A model generated the notes under the pieces. That model saw only the letters and a program-made list of their open reading frames with translations, made no database searches and was not told the origin of the DNA. Positions 36,771-50,353 of a stretch of DNA of 64,000 bases are shown here, in pieces. Origin of the DNA: Dirinaria sp. TL-2023a (taxonomy: Eukaryota); the NCBI GenBank assembly GCA_051941275.1, contig JAVEBF010000002.1, positions 1-64,000 on the forward strand, read 5' to 3'. The stretch's first letter is position 1. Each line of letters starts with the position of its first letter. The position numbers and the translations under genes were made by a program.

Positions 36771-38165
36771 AAAAAAAAAAAAATTTTTTTTCCCTTCTTT
36801 GCTTTCTTTTCGTTTCATAGTACCTACTAACTACTACCTACATGCATCGAAACATACATATCTAGAAGGAGATCAGAGTAATGCTCGCAATGATATCTTC
36901 TCATATCATCTCATGTAAACGCCTATGCTAAACTTGAACCATTTCCAGATTTGACGGCAGTGGGATCGATCTTTTGCATTGATACCAGTCAGAACTTACG
37001 TCTCTCAATATCTTTCCATTAGAGCCAAATTTATCCAGCATTCGCATCTTGAAACCAGATCAGCTAGCATTAGGATAAATCATAGAAGATCAATGCTGCC
37101 ATTCGATAAGTAGACTCTATCCAGCTTGCTTGTTGAAGGACAGCTTCATCTGAGTGGTGCCACGCTTTAGTAGATGCTGCATCTCAATCACACTCCGGGT
37201 CAACATCGCTGCCATGTATTATCAATATTTGCCAACTATCCCTCGCAAATTCCGTTGAAATTGCGCTCCAGTCACCTTGTCTATTAAATACTAGGCAGGG
37301 TTTGTGGTCAGATAGATCTACCTATGGCGACCTATCATAGAGCAGAGGCATGTAGGTGACGCGGAGAGCCTCCTGGAATCATCATGGTGTTCAATGATTC
37401 CCAACAATTTAACGTTGAGGTGTTCGTAGGGTGGCAGACAGAATTTTCTGCAATTTATTTTTTTTTTTTTTTTGCCCCGAAAAGGCCTTCTCAAATATCA
37501 ACATGTTTCTGATATTGATTGATTTTGAACAACGCTTTATATAGCTATCAAAAGTGCAAGACAGTTGAGTAACCACGGAGCTACCTTACCTATAGTAAGT
37601 CATGTACATGTAGGTAAGGTAAGGTGCCCTAAACATGTGTAACCCTACCTAGCTCTGAGCTACCTCATGGTACCTAGCGTTGGCTATTGAGGCAGCTAGC
37701 TGTTGACGGAATGCTATAATCGTTGAGTAATAAGTCATGAATACTAGGATTGCTTTACAATACGTAAGTCACGGTGCTGAAAGCTGGTATCCTTCGATTT
37801 GTGTATCACTTTGTTGGTATTTAGGGTTGAATGACTAATCGGTTAAAAATGCCGTGCTGCAAAAGGTCATGCACTGTGATAAGCAACGGGACCTCGTCAG
37901 AAGCATCTACAACCCAGACATCATGTGTCGACTACTCTCAAGCTGTGGTCATCGTGGAGGTTCCGATCTGTCCACACAAAGAATGAGTCAGGCCGAGATC
38001 TACCGAGCTCATGGGTCATCCTCCTCGAACATAGTTTGTCTACTGAGAATCCACCAGGCATAAAAGGTCTTTACAGCGCTCTGGCAACGCTGCAGTGCTG
38101 TGAGCCCGACATGGAGGTCCATTGGTGCAGCTAAAACTTCTAAATCCTTACACATATCGAAGAAC

Positions 38166-41100
38166 ATGGCCTACTTCATACCGTCCTTCATACAGAAGCG
38201 TATCTTACGTTATGTCCTTTCGCATCTTGAGCTCTTGGAAACCGAAGACTTTGATCTTGACAACTTAAATATAGAATGGGGAAAAAGAAGCTCGGTCGAG
38301 CTGCGTGACCTTGGGATACGGATACAGAAGCTTTCTACCCTCCTGCAACTGCCACCTAATTTTCTATTAGTCAAGGCCAAGGTTTCGCTACTACGAATTA
38401 CCGTCCCCGCCGATCTATACAAAAATGGAATCTTGATCGAAGCAGATGGCTTAGAATTAAGGCTGGATGCAAGAGAGAACGAGAAAGGCAAAAGCGACCA
38501 GCAGAGGGTGTCTCCGAAAGACGGTGAAAGACTGGGTCCAGACAAAGGTGAATCGGACCAAACAAGGAGTAACCAATACCATGTACACGATCCCGGAGGG
38601 CATAGCCAACCTTCCACGAGGGAGCATAATGCTGCGGGCAGGAGGTCTTCAGACCACTTGCCGACCGCTATCGACTTAGCAGAATCGTTCTTGGAAGCTG
38701 AGCCGCAGCCAGAAAAAGCTAAGTTGCATAGCGCGCTTGCACAGTCCCAATATGCCGATCAGTCTCAAATCATTGGCGAATATAGTGAAAATGCAGCCGG
38801 TTTGGGTGTAGGGGCTGGTATTTCCTTGCCCGGTTTTGTTGCCGACTTTTTAAAAGGGATTGCAAATCGGGTTCAGCTCATTATACGGAATACAGACGTG
38901 GATCTAGCGGTTGACCTGATGATACCATCTGGAAAGACTGCTGCGGAAAATTCGCAGAAGGCAGAGCAGGTGACGCTGAAACTCAGTGTTGGAGAGGTCG
39001 CACTGGACGGCATTACTGATACACCATCGGCACCAGCTGGTGACAGCAAGGAGTCCGAGAGCCAGTATCGTCAGGGTCCAGAACGATTGCTGCCAAAAGA
39101 GAGCCTCCGGCGCATAACGCTACGAAGACTTAAGGGCATGCTGGTTGCTGAAAGCTCTTTGTTCACATACCTGATCCGTTGTAATGTTCCGCCTTCTCCA
39201 AATACTACGCAATCTAGCGCAATTCGGAGGGCCAACACAGAAAATTCGTCACCGAGCTTGCCCCTAGGCACATCAGCTTTTGGCGCTGAGATATACACAA
39301 GTACGCCCGTGATTCGGGAAGCAACATCCTACCTTCACTCTCCGACCTCTCTCCCAACTTTGCATTTGAACCAGTATCAAAATGAGGATGTGCAGAATCA
39401 ATCTGTTGTAACGTCCACGCGGCCAGACAGTTCTGATCTCGGCTCGAGTCAACCTCAACAGAATGATATGAAAGATTCAATTTATTCGGACTCTCGATCT
39501 AGTCATGATAAGCAAAGTCCTCTCAGTGATATACCTGGATCTTTCTCTCCACCGCACACCTCGAGGAGCAGCCACAGCTTTCCAGAAGAACTGTTCGTAG
39601 ATAATCCAAGCTTTGTGCAGAACGAGACTTCTGGTCAATACGTTGACTCTCCTTTAAATTCATCGAATCAAGCCTTGGAGAGCGGTCAAAACTCCCCACA
39701 GCTTTTGACCCTGGCTCAATCGAAGCTCTTCAGCCACGAGGAAGCTGAAAGTATGTACATGAGCGCCATGACTTACCCTGCATCGGGAGAGCAGAGCGCA
39801 TTTCGCTCATTGAAAAAGATGCCAGGCGACTGGGGAGACTCTGGCTCCGAAGATGAGCAACGTACAGTAGACAAGGAGCAGGCGAAGATGGATGCAACCG
39901 GCGAATTAGCATCTACGGAAAATCCCGGTAGCGGTCTAAGGATACGATCTTTGTATTCGGATACTCCAGAGCTTACAGCACCCCAGCGGGCTGACCAGGA
40001 GTCTACTAGGGAAGAGTCAATACAGTCGATATTTGCAAAGCAAGCTGATACCACTGTTACGGCTGCCTCTACATCCTCTCAACAGGCTTCATCAAATAGT
40101 TCCCAAGCCAGTTCCTCGAAATTCGATCGTGGATTGCTGGTTGTGAAGGAAATTTTCGATGTAGACGTCGTCGTCATCGAGCTTTGTGAAGCCATAATCG
40201 CAAATGAAGACAGTGTTCAACTTAGTAAAAGGCACCAACCTCCGTCCGAACAGCATGAGCCAGGCTCAGGATCGGCAAGTACTAGGTACGGACCACGAAG
40301 GTCGGTGAAAGTAGGGGCTGTCACTATCCTAGGTGACCTGGGGCTCACTAAGCTAGCAATTATCACTATCCAGCGATTTGTAGAACTGCTGAAGCCAGCC
40401 TCCCTCGGGCTTGCTAATAAACCGGAGTCGAAAAGGTCGTCCAGCCGGATAATGATTCGCGTCAAGCGATTCTCATGGCGATTTCTTGACCTTGTAAGGG
40501 GACTGAGCACATCGTGCCCTTCGACTTCGTCACCGGACCTTCAACCTGCAGGAAAGCCGGATGATGCTGAGGTACTGCTGAAGGCTGTCATTCTAAATTT
40601 GAAAATAAATCTGGAAAGAGACGGACTGTCATCCTCATCCGTTGTGTCAGTCGGTAAATTCAGCTTTGGATATGCCACTGAAAACGTCATCTCCTTCGAT
40701 TCTGGATTGAAATTGAGGGAGTCTACACGCGACATTCTAGCGCCGATTGATCAAGATATGATATTGAAGATCACAGAATCGCCACATCACAGGCATTGGG
40801 AATTGACGACCTTACCCTTGCACATTAGACTTGACCTACGCCGATTGGATGAAACTTTCAGCTGGTTTGGCGGGTTCAGCAGTATTATCGGTTTAGGAAA
40901 TTCTATGATGTCAACAATCACGGTTGTGGATATCAGCCCAAATCCAAGTCGGCCCGCCAGAAGTGCTCGAGGGGTCCATTTCGAGCACGAACCACTGCAG
41001 AGCCGGCCTCTGGTATCTGAGGTCGATTGCAAACAGAAAATCACCATTAGATTTGGCAGTGTCGTCCTTGATTTTGAGGGTGCTTGCTGCTCCTTCCGAC

Positions 41101-44100
41101 TAGAAAGTACAGCTGTCAAAGTGGTGAGTCGTGAAGAGGGCATCGGGTTGGCAGTCGATCGGCTCAACCTCACTGGGCCAGATCATGGTTCTGACGCCTC
41201 TACTTCCTCGATTAATGCCAAGCTAATAGCGCTACGCGTCGAATACCTAACGACTCCCAAAGACGTTGATTTGGCTCGTTTGCTTGGATTACTCTCTCCT
41301 TCAAAAGATGGATACAAGGAGGAAGATGACGATATACTGCTCGGAACTCTGTTTCGCCAAAGACGCCAAGGTGGTGTTGTCCGTGTCAATGCTGAGAGAG
41401 TTGAGTTTGGGGTCCTTGACATAGAAGATCTCCACTGCTTGCCTGCCCTTGGAGAAGAGATGAAGAAACTATCTACCGTTGCGAAATATCTTCCAGCAGA
41501 CGATCGGCCTGGCATCATGACTATTTTGCTGGTTCGAGAGCTACATGCTCAAGCCAAATTCCTGGAAAACGTTGGTACCTTACAACTTACAGCAAAAAAC
41601 GCCGAGGTGGCTCACATTAGTATTCCAAGTCTAGTTGCTTTGGGCATAGGGAAGCTAAGTGTTACACGGAATTCTTCCGAAGAGCTTCTAGGAGAGGCTG
41701 AAGGCGCTTTTGTTGACAAAGCATCGCCTCCAACGATCATGGCTCGGTACGTTGGCAATGAGTTGGAGCCTACTGTAAAGATACGTCTTTACAGCCTCCG
41801 TGCGGAATATCACGTCTCAACGATTACCTTAATGCTGGGCCTCCATGAAGAGGTGACGCAAGGAAAGTTGGCAAGCTTGGCTTCTTCTATAGCTACCGTA
41901 ACAGGCCAGCAGCGAGCAAGGCGATCACCTCCCCAGCTCTCCGCTCGAGCGTCGGGTAAGAGCGATACCTGCACGGTGGGCTCAAAGACTTTGAAAATAG
42001 ATTTTGCACTCCGAGATGTGATCTTAGGGCTAAATCCACGCAACTCACCTGCACGGGGTCTCCTTGTACTTACTGACGCTCACCTCGTGAGCACATTGCC
42101 AAAAGATGAATTGGTCAGCGCTCGTCTGGAGATCAATAAGGCCTCGCTGTTGGCTATCGATGATGCGAAGAACGTCATAGTGCCCAATTCTCCATCAAAG
42201 CGCGTTTGCTCCAGCGGTCAAGATAGTCAAATGCAACATTTGTTAGACAGAGGCTACGTGTCGTTGAGCTACGTCTCCGCAATTAAAGCGACTTTAGAAG
42301 TCGTCAGATCAGCTCTGGAAAATGGCAAAACGGTCGAGCTTGAATTGCGCGATAATTTACTTGTCATCGAATCATGCGCAGACTCGACACAGACTTTGCA
42401 GGCCATCCTTAACGGGCTGCAGCCGCCCTCTCCATCTAACAAAGAGCCAAGGTTCAGGACAGAAGTCGTACCTGTTGAGGACATGCTTGCTTCATTCTCG
42501 GGGAAACCTTTCGTGGCCCCTGGTCAGGATAACAGCCAAGATGCGAATGTATCTCTTGAACTGGACGACGCCGACATGATGGAAGACGATGTGCCTCAAA
42601 ATCTTGAATTTGTGAGCAGCTTTTACAATCCAGACCCTATTTCTCTGAATGATAGTATTGCACAGAGCATGTTAGAGGGGGATCTCGAAGCCTCGCCAAA
42701 ACCTACAGCAACTCGCAACATTGGAGACAAACCACTGCTCGAGAGCTTTCAAGACCGTTTTGAGGTTGCTCCCAACGAATCAACACTCCACTTTCGCGAT
42801 GATCATTTTGGTAATAATTCCAGTGTTGGAGGAACTGCCCACAGGTGGAATGTCAAGAAGAACACCTACGAATTGACAAATGAGCCTCAGATTCGTGCAA
42901 GCCCGTTGAGGGTTCGCGTCAGAGATGTCCATGTCATTTGGAATTTGTTTGACGGTTATGATTGGCAGAAGACCAGGGATGCTATTAGTCAAGCTGTAGC
43001 AGCTGTCGAAGAAAAAGCCACTGAGCAAAGGTCGAAAAGACATCAGCGCCAATCTTTGGATGCCGAAGAGGAGGAAGAATCCGTAATTGGGGATTTTCTC
43101 TTCAACTCAATATACATCGGCATCCCTACTAACCGCGATCCAAAAGAATTGAGTCGTCAAGTCAACCGTAACATTGACGATCTCGTGAGTGAAACAGAGA
43201 GCTATGCAACGTCTTCAGGGTCGGGATCGCCCAGTCGCCAGAGCCGCGAACATCGCTCCAAAGGCAGGAGGCTCCGACTTCGTCGCAGCAAATACCACAA
43301 GATGACATTTGAGCTTAAAGGCGTTTCAGCGGATATGATGGTGTTCCCTCCTGACTCTGGGGAGACTCAGAGCTCGGTTGACATTCGCGTAAATGATTTT
43401 GAGATATTTGACCATGTGCCGACATCCACTTGGAAGAAGTTCGCAACATACATGCATGATGCAGGCGAGCGTGAAAGCGGTACCGCTATGATCCACCTCG
43501 AGATCTTGAACGTAAAACCCATTCCCACTTTGACTGCATCAGAAATGATCCTCAAGGTACGCGTTCCTTGAATCTTTCATGGGTCTTTAGCTGACTGCTG
43601 AATGTAGGTGAATATACTACCACTCCGGCTTCACGTAGACCAAGACGCGTTAGACTTCATGATGCGGTTCTTTGAGTTTAAGGACGAATCAACACTGGTT
43701 ACGAACTTGAAGACGGAATCTCCCTTTCTTCAGCGAGTCGAAGTACAATCAGTACCGGTGAAACTAGATTTCAAGCCTAAACGTGTTGACTATGCAGGTC
43801 TTCGCTCTGGACATACGACTGAATTTATGAACTTCTTCATCCTCGATCAAGCGGATATGGTACTCCGCCATGTCATCATATACGGCGTCTCTGGATTTGA
43901 CAGGCTGGGGAAAACGCTGAACGATATATGGTCACCGGACGTCAAACGCAATCAGCTTTCTCGTGTCTTAGCCGGGCTTGCACCTGTACGATCGTTGGTA
44001 AATGTCGGTGGCGGGGTCAAAGACCTTGTCGTAGTCCCAATCCGAGAGTACCGGAAAGACGGCAGAGTAGTGAGGAGCTTCCAGAAAGGTGCGCTAGCTT

Positions 44101-44612
44101 TCGCGAAAACTACTACGAGCGAGCTCGCCAAGCTGGGAGCTAAACTTGCCCTCGGTACTCAGACTGTTCTACAAGGCGCCGAAGGGTTCCTGGCTCCGGA
44201 TAATCAGGGACCGGATTTGTCATACGGCTGGGAAGAAGCGGAGTTTGAGGATGAAGACAGAAAGAAAATCAGTCTGTACGCTGACCAGCCGGTAGGTGTG
44301 GTGCAGGGTTTAAGAGGTGGCTACGCGAGTCTGGAGCGAGATTTGCTCATGGCCAAGGATGCCATTGTAGCAATGCCTGGCGAGGTGATGGACAGTGGGT
44401 CAGCCGGCGGTGCAGCTCGAGCCGTGCTTCGAACCGCGCCCACGGTAATCCTAAGACCTGCTATGGGAGTGAGCAAAGCAGTGGGACAAACGCTGATGGG
44501 AGCGACGAACAGTTTAGATCCTGCCAATCGTAGGAGAGCGGATGATGTGAGTGTTCTAGATTCTGCACAGATCAACGCTGACCGTTGCCGCCAGAAATAC
44601 AAGCGGCATTGA
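38166..44612 (+). CDS. ATG2: Autophagy-related protein 2 (lipid transfer protein), 3 exons
   Basis: N-terminal chorein-like [60 protein letters not shown]. Introns at ~43557-43607 and ~44546-44594. Confidence 0.95.
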
Positions 44613-44887
44613 CTGGCGTAACCAGGAGGACTTGCATTGAAGAGGGGGATGGGCACTTGCTTCTGTGTCGGTAGGGGTTGTCTTTGCATAGCGCGTGGTA
44701 TCTTGATAAGGAAGGAACGGTGCATTCTCGGATGATGGGGGTTGCGGAGCATTACGCAGCGTGCTTGATCAAGGGCACTTGGGGAACGACTGGGAACAGG
44801 CTCCATGTGAGAGATTTCGGCGCGACATTACTTGCGTCTCAATTGTGGTACAGCAGAACTGTCATTAGAAGGCATAGTTGCAAATGT

Positions 44888-46188
44888 CTAATCTATTGAG
44901 GTTCGCCGAAACCCGGGCTGGCATCTATTCGCATGATATACATCGCCTTTTAGCTCACAGATGCAATCCCCGTCCGGGCCAGCTCTTACCAGGCCCATCT
45001 CCACGAACTCAGATGGCGGCCTGAGGAAGGTGGGCCTGATGTGCGTCTCTGACTCTGGGCCCGAAGCTTGTCTTTGGCCGTAGAGGTAATTTTCTAGATT
45101 CTTGACATCATGGACGATGACCGCTTGAAGACGCTGCCTTCCCATTGTTTCCAATATATCTCCGCCTCGCTGTCGTTTCGTTGTATGGATGACGATTGGG
45201 CTTATCGCTATCGATATGGGACCGTGCTTGAAGAGGTCAGTACTTAAGGTAGGCTTTGCGGCTTGGGCCCTGTAGAAAATGGCGGCTCCTGGACGCGGGA
45301 CCTGGAGGCTGGCGGTTTCCCGTCGACTTTCGACTGTCGCATTCGGCCTAGCACTCGTACGGCATTGCTTAATTTGCTTGGCGAAGAAGCAGGGATTTCC
45401 ATTGGATTGGAAGGCTCCGATGAAGCAGGATTCTGATTGATGCATAAGCGCAGTCCGACATTTTCCCGGCTGCGCTTCTCTCAGGATGCCCAAATCTCAA
45501 TCTCAACCTCATCCTGACCTTCTCGGGGCTTCCTCATTGAACCCGAGATCTGGTGATGAACCGATAGGAAAACATTGCGCTGAACAGTCGCATCGAAATT
45601 TCCGTAATCACATAATCTTGCCCAATGACACCCATGCACTAGGCAGTGGTCCTACTGAATGTGATCCCTTTTTTTGACGATTCTCTTTTGTCCTTTTGGT
45701 GTCCGGCGTCGGAGGCAATGGAGGTGTTCTGGAAATATTTCGTCTTGCTTTTGTCCTGGAAGGCGTTTGGCTTCCACAGTCGAGCAATCCTCCTTGCCAT
45801 CTTTCTTTAGCAAGGCCAACTCTGCCATAACGACTGCTCCGAGATTGAAAAGCCAAGCAGATAGTTGAGCTGCAGAACGACCTTGATACATCTCTCATCA
45901 GACCTGTGCCATATTCGTCACTCTCTTGTTCTTGAGCAGAAGAAAGAACTGTGTAGAGACCAGACTTCTGGTAGGCATTGACAGCCAGATGTAGGAAAGT
46001 CAGTAAGCCGCAGGAGTGCCCTGGCAAGGAATCATGAGGACTTGATACTTCGGATTATGTAAGAGAAGATAAGTTCCCTGCCTTTCTGTCTCTGCTGTAT
46101 GCCTCTTTATTGTCCTTAGCAGAAGAGGCTTCTGATAGTGGAATAGGTGGCAAAGCAGGGCTGCCAATGCTTGCTGAAGTTCGGTCAT
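44888..46188 (-). CDS. Possible hypothetical protein (fragmented ORFs)
   Basis: Consecutive minus-strand ORFs 46000-46188, 45608-46027 and 44888-45493; no motif and no convincing splice model. Confidence 0.25.
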
Positions 46189-47068
46189 AGCAAATCGACT
46201 TTCTTGAAGATGTTCAGAAGCAGGGTAGTGTTTAAGAACACTGCAAACAGAGTAGTTGATCTCGTGTTGAGCGGAATTGATCCGCCATCATGAAAAGCTC
46301 TCGCTTAATTGTGATCGTTGGAAGCTAAGTGTGACTTCTGCCAGACCTTACCCTCTCCAAATCCCACATTCGATATCGTCTGCTCTGTATTGTCACCCCA
46401 TCACCCCAGCATAGCTCTTTCAACAGCTCTTTGCTGCATGCCCATAGACAATCTTGTTCTTGAAGACTGTGCTTGCACTAGTTCCCATCATTTGACTTTG
46501 AAAGGATCAGACTTCCACCATCCTGGGTATCTGACTACCTAGAGGTCCGAACTAAGGTGATCCGATCACCTTGACCTGCCAACCACGGACCTCGTTTCAG
46601 TATGTTGCTCCCATTCCAATATCACCAAATGTGTCTTTAAGGATCCTCTCTATACTCATTGAGACTGAAATCCATTCAGACTTGTGTATCTCGGAGAAAT
46701 CGATTTGGGTGATCGTCGCGTCCACGACGCGGTTCAGGGATCAACACCTATTTCGAATCTGACATGCATACTAGACCGAACCTGCTGAAGGCTCCACTAT
46801 AGTATCGCAAGGCCTTGTAAGTTGCTCCTGGGTATCCAAAGCTTCCTGAAAGGTATACATGTGCAGTTGTTGAGTTTTCCTTAGTCGATTGTCGTTGGCT
46901 TGAGCCTCTGATAAAATATCAGAACGATCATCAAGTATCAAACACCCTTTCACAAGGCGTTGCCGATACCAGACTGTATAGAATTCAATTCTTGAGACAT
47001 CTTATCGACCTTTTCCGAGGGGCGTTGTCGAGCCTCTGAGCATCCAGGGATCAAGCCACCTAGATCCG

Positions 47069-50000
47069 ATGGCTCCTAGAATCTTTGGGCTCTCGTCAAG
47101 GTCTCGGCCTAGATCCGTTTCAGAGTCTCACGAGACGCCTTCCCGTGCGATTTTCAACGACCTGAGTGATGCTCATGCCACTATCACTCGACGGCAGCCA
47201 AGCAACTGGGCGACCCTTACTCCAGGATGGGCCAACGATCAGCCGCTTTCAGTGGGCAATGCGAAGTCGACTCCCCTTGCGAGCGTCGCACGTTCCTCAA
47301 ATCTAATAGTCAACCATTCGTCGGAGACTCCCCATCAGCGGCTTCGTCACCCGGCATCTCCTGAAATTCCTGAATCAGAAATAGGCAATAAATTCCCTAG
47401 TCTTTCTCCTCAGGGTAGTCATTTTCCTGCAAGCGGCTCCCGAGGCCTCCGTACTGAGCAACATCAATCGACTGCTGAAAACTCTCACCGGCGTTCACGC
47501 TCGCTGGATCAGCTTCTCAATACCCCGCACTTATCGACTTCCAAGGAAAATGTGGCCCATCAACTTCCACAGCACGTCAAGGGTAACTTGCCTCAGAACT
47601 CCACCGTAAGCGACATATATGACAGTTACATTGGCGAAGGGATCGAAGACGCTCAAGAGCCAAGAAATTTGCCAGAAAACGGCGGTGCTGTTGGGAACGA
47701 ACCTATGCATGGCATGTCCAATTATGCCTCACAGTCACAAACCCAGCTTAGCAATTTCGCTTGGTCTCCTCGAGGTAGTCTGGTCGATACTGAGACCGGA
47801 ATGCATACTAATATTGCACCGTATGTTGGGTCTCCAGTACGCTCAGGAGGTGCCGAACGGGCGCATGGTCATGGCCACGGCCATGGCATGGACTATCTTG
47901 ATCCAATCGAGGCATCTATTGCACCTACCAGAGACCCAGAAGTGTCACCGCATGACTCTTTCGACTCCTTTGAAGCTTACATTAATGAAGTCGAGAATGG
48001 ACGGGATTTTGAGGATGAGCAGCGACGCCTGGAGGCGCAGTGCGCCACCGTAACTCTTGTATCCCAGCCAGGGCCGGTGAGGTCACGGCCAATGTCCCAG
48101 GCTGAGATTATGGACCTTGAGCACCAAATCAGACGGCATCTCCGAAGTCCGAGCCCTCTCTCTAATGAGTATGTTGGCGAGTCGAACGTGGATCCAAATA
48201 CAGCTTTTGGTGCCAGCCGTAGCTCGTCTTCAACTAGTTTTGGTACATTCCACTTGCGTAGGTATGGCCACACAGTCGAAGAAGCGATTAGACGTGCCGA
48301 ACCTCAGATTCCATATGGTGGTATCGAGACCGTAAGAACTCGCACTGGTACCCCACCTTTGCTATTTGGAAGCAACGCGATACCTGATTCTCGCGTTTTC
48401 CCTGTCGCCTCTTCTGAACACGACTGGGAGACCGAAGACGGAGTATCCAGACACAACACACAAGTAACCCATGTGCAAGGTGGCGTCAGCAGCTTTGCTG
48501 ACTATTCGAGCTCCTCAAGTGAGATGAGAGCCAGAGGCTTGCCTCCCGGTGGGCGGGTCCTGCAATATCCGCCTCATCCACGATATTTGCATACATGGAA
48601 CATGATGAGGGATGCTCGCACTGGTCAGATCTTGTTCCTTCCTGAAGATCGCGCAGTGACAAGCCAGTTTCCTTATCAGAATGCCTTAACTTCGTCTGCA
48701 ATGAGACAACAACTTTTCGTGGATAATCATGGAGCTGCTATGGACTCAGGTTCCCATATAGATGCTGCACAAGAACCTCATTATGCAGTTTCCGAGCAGG
48801 CGTCAATCAGTGGTTATGACTCCGATGATAACCTGCAAATGATCACAGGATCTGAAGAAGAAGGCAAACCGATTTCAGCTCCTAAAAATCAGTCGTCGGC
48901 ATGGATGTCGACCGATGAAGGAGTCACAACAGAGCCTAACGTCAATACGCGTGCTCGTGACGGTAGTTTCGCGCAAGTTGTGATTGCTAACCAGCAAGCC
49001 AATATTACAGGGACTCCTGAAGGTACAGGAGCGCGGGAAGTCGGTAGTAGTTTGGCAGATGTGAGCAGCCCCAACCCGGCTTTTTCAAGTAGCCCTTTTG
49101 ATATATCGTCACCAGCTTTGAGGTATCAGAATATTTCGAACTCCGAAAAGAAAGCTCATCGTCGTACAATTGATGGTAGCTTGGACACGCTAAAAACTCA
49201 GAGCTCGGAAGAACTCTTCAAGAAGTTACAAGGTGCATCCATTGCCAGGAGCTCTGTGTATTCTGCAGATGAAGAATTCACGGCTTTGCCGCAAGCTAGT
49301 AGCAACTTACCGCCTGAGATAATTGAGCATCGTCAACAATTAATCGACCATAATTTGCTTCCTCGACCAATTGCCCCACATTATCAAGAACCCAAGCGTT
49401 TGTCATTACCACTTGATTCTCTCACACCAAGCAAAAATAAGAAAGCCACGACAGCGACAGGTGCAAACCTTAGCCGGCACTTTCAGCAATTCATTCCTTC
49501 TGCTGCCATTCTCCCAACCATGCGTAAGCGGTCACCGCACCGTCGCGAACCAGCTATGGATCACGCGTCCACGGATTTCGAGCTGGAAGTCACTCACCCA
49601 CGTCGGAGCAAAAAGTCAGCTCGCGGCAAAGAAGGGAGGAAGCGTAAGGTCTCCGATGGCGAGGGATCCACCGCTCTAGATAACAAAAACACTGCTGCTC
49701 CTACGGAACGTCACATCATCGAAGGACAAGAAGATCGCGTCGACATCAAAACCGTCTCTACTGAGCCCGTGCAGCTTGAACCTGCGACTGTCCCCACTGC
49801 GGCGACTGATTCTAGTAGTGCCAATGGAGTTGACCGTAACGAGAATGACAATCACGGTACTCAGCGCGTCGATACACCTGCTATGATTCCTTTCCGCGTG
49901 GACAACGAATACAAGCGGAGCCGCCTCAAGAATCATGAGTGGGATCTGCTTTACACTGATCTCCCAGGTCGCGAGTCTGGCACCGAGCGCATCGGGCGTC

Positions 50001-50353
50001 CTCTTCAACGTCCCCGTCCTCGTCCAGCCGGACCTACCCAGACTAATCGCCCGATTGCACGCGTCCGGTCACCTCACCTTTACGCCATCCCGCGTACCCC
50101 CGAGGACAATCTCCTTGCGCGTCAGAAAGAGCTTGGGCGAGTGATCCTCGTCCTTTGCATCCTTCTTCCCCCCCTTTGGCTTCTTTTCGGCCACGGATAC
50201 CTGGACTACATGATGGATTATCTCACATACGGCGCTTGCAGAGGAATGAGGAAGGAGGAGAAGCGGGTTGCCTTGTTTCTAGGGTACTCGACTATCGCAG
50301 CGGTGGTCATCGGGATCCCTGTTGGCGTGGTTGTCGGCACCGCCGCTCTCTGA
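47069..50353 (+). CDS. Large Ser/Pro-rich, mostly disordered protein with two C-terminal transmembrane segments
   Basis: 1094-aa intronless ORF; C-terminal VILVLCILLPPLWLLFGHGYLD...IAAVVIGIPVGVVVG. Confidence 0.8.
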   Translation: MAPRIFGLSSRSRPRSVSESHETPSRAIFNDLSDAHATITRRQPSNWATLTPGWANDQPLSVGNAKSTPLASVARSSNLIVNHSSETPHQRLRHPASPEIPESEIGNKFPSLSPQGSHFPASGSRGLRTEQHQSTAENSHRRSRSLDQLLNTPHLSTSKENVAHQLPQHVKGNLPQNSTVSDIYDSYIGEGIEDAQEPRNLPENGGAVGNEPMHGMSNYASQSQTQLSNFAWSPRGSLVDTETGMHTNIAPYVGSPVRSGGAERAHGHGHGHGMDYLDPIEASIAPTRDPEVSPHDSFDSFEAYINEVENGRDFEDEQRRLEAQCATVTLVSQPGPVRSRPMSQAEIMDLEHQIRRHLRSPSPLSNEYVGESNVDPNTAFGASRSSSSTSFGTFHLRRYGHTVEEAIRRAEPQIPYGGIETVRTRTGTPPLLFGSNAIPDSRVFPVASSEHDWETEDGVSRHNTQVTHVQGGVSSFADYSSSSSEMRARGLPPGGRVLQYPPHPRYLHTWNMMRDARTGQILFLPEDRAVTSQFPYQNALTSSAMRQQLFVDNHGAAMDSGSHIDAAQEPHYAVSEQASISGYDSDDNLQMITGSEEEGKPISAPKNQSSAWMSTDEGVTTEPNVNTRARDGSFAQVVIANQQANITGTPEGTGAREVGSSLADVSSPNPAFSSSPFDISSPALRYQNISNSEKKAHRRTIDGSLDTLKTQSSEELFKKLQGASIARSSVYSADEEFTALPQASSNLPPEIIEHRQQLIDHNLLPRPIAPHYQEPKRLSLPLDSLTPSKNKKATTATGANLSRHFQQFIPSAAILPTMRKRSPHRREPAMDHASTDFELEVTHPRRSKKSARGKEGRKRKVSDGEGSTALDNKNTAAPTERHIIEGQEDRVDIKTVSTEPVQLEPATVPTAATDSSSANGVDRNENDNHGTQRVDTPAMIPFRVDNEYKRSRLKNHEWDLLYTDLPGRESGTERIGRPLQRPRPRPAGPTQTNRPIARVRSPHLYAIPRTPEDNLLARQKELGRVILVLCILLPPLWLLFGHGYLDYMMDYLTYGACRGMRKEEKRVALFLGYSTIAAVVIGIPVGVVVGTAAL

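Noticed and set aside
26800..38050. Intact transposon or Starship element
   Set aside because: No transposase, reverse transcriptase or tyrosine recombinase ORF, and no terminal repeats or target-site duplication found by eye.
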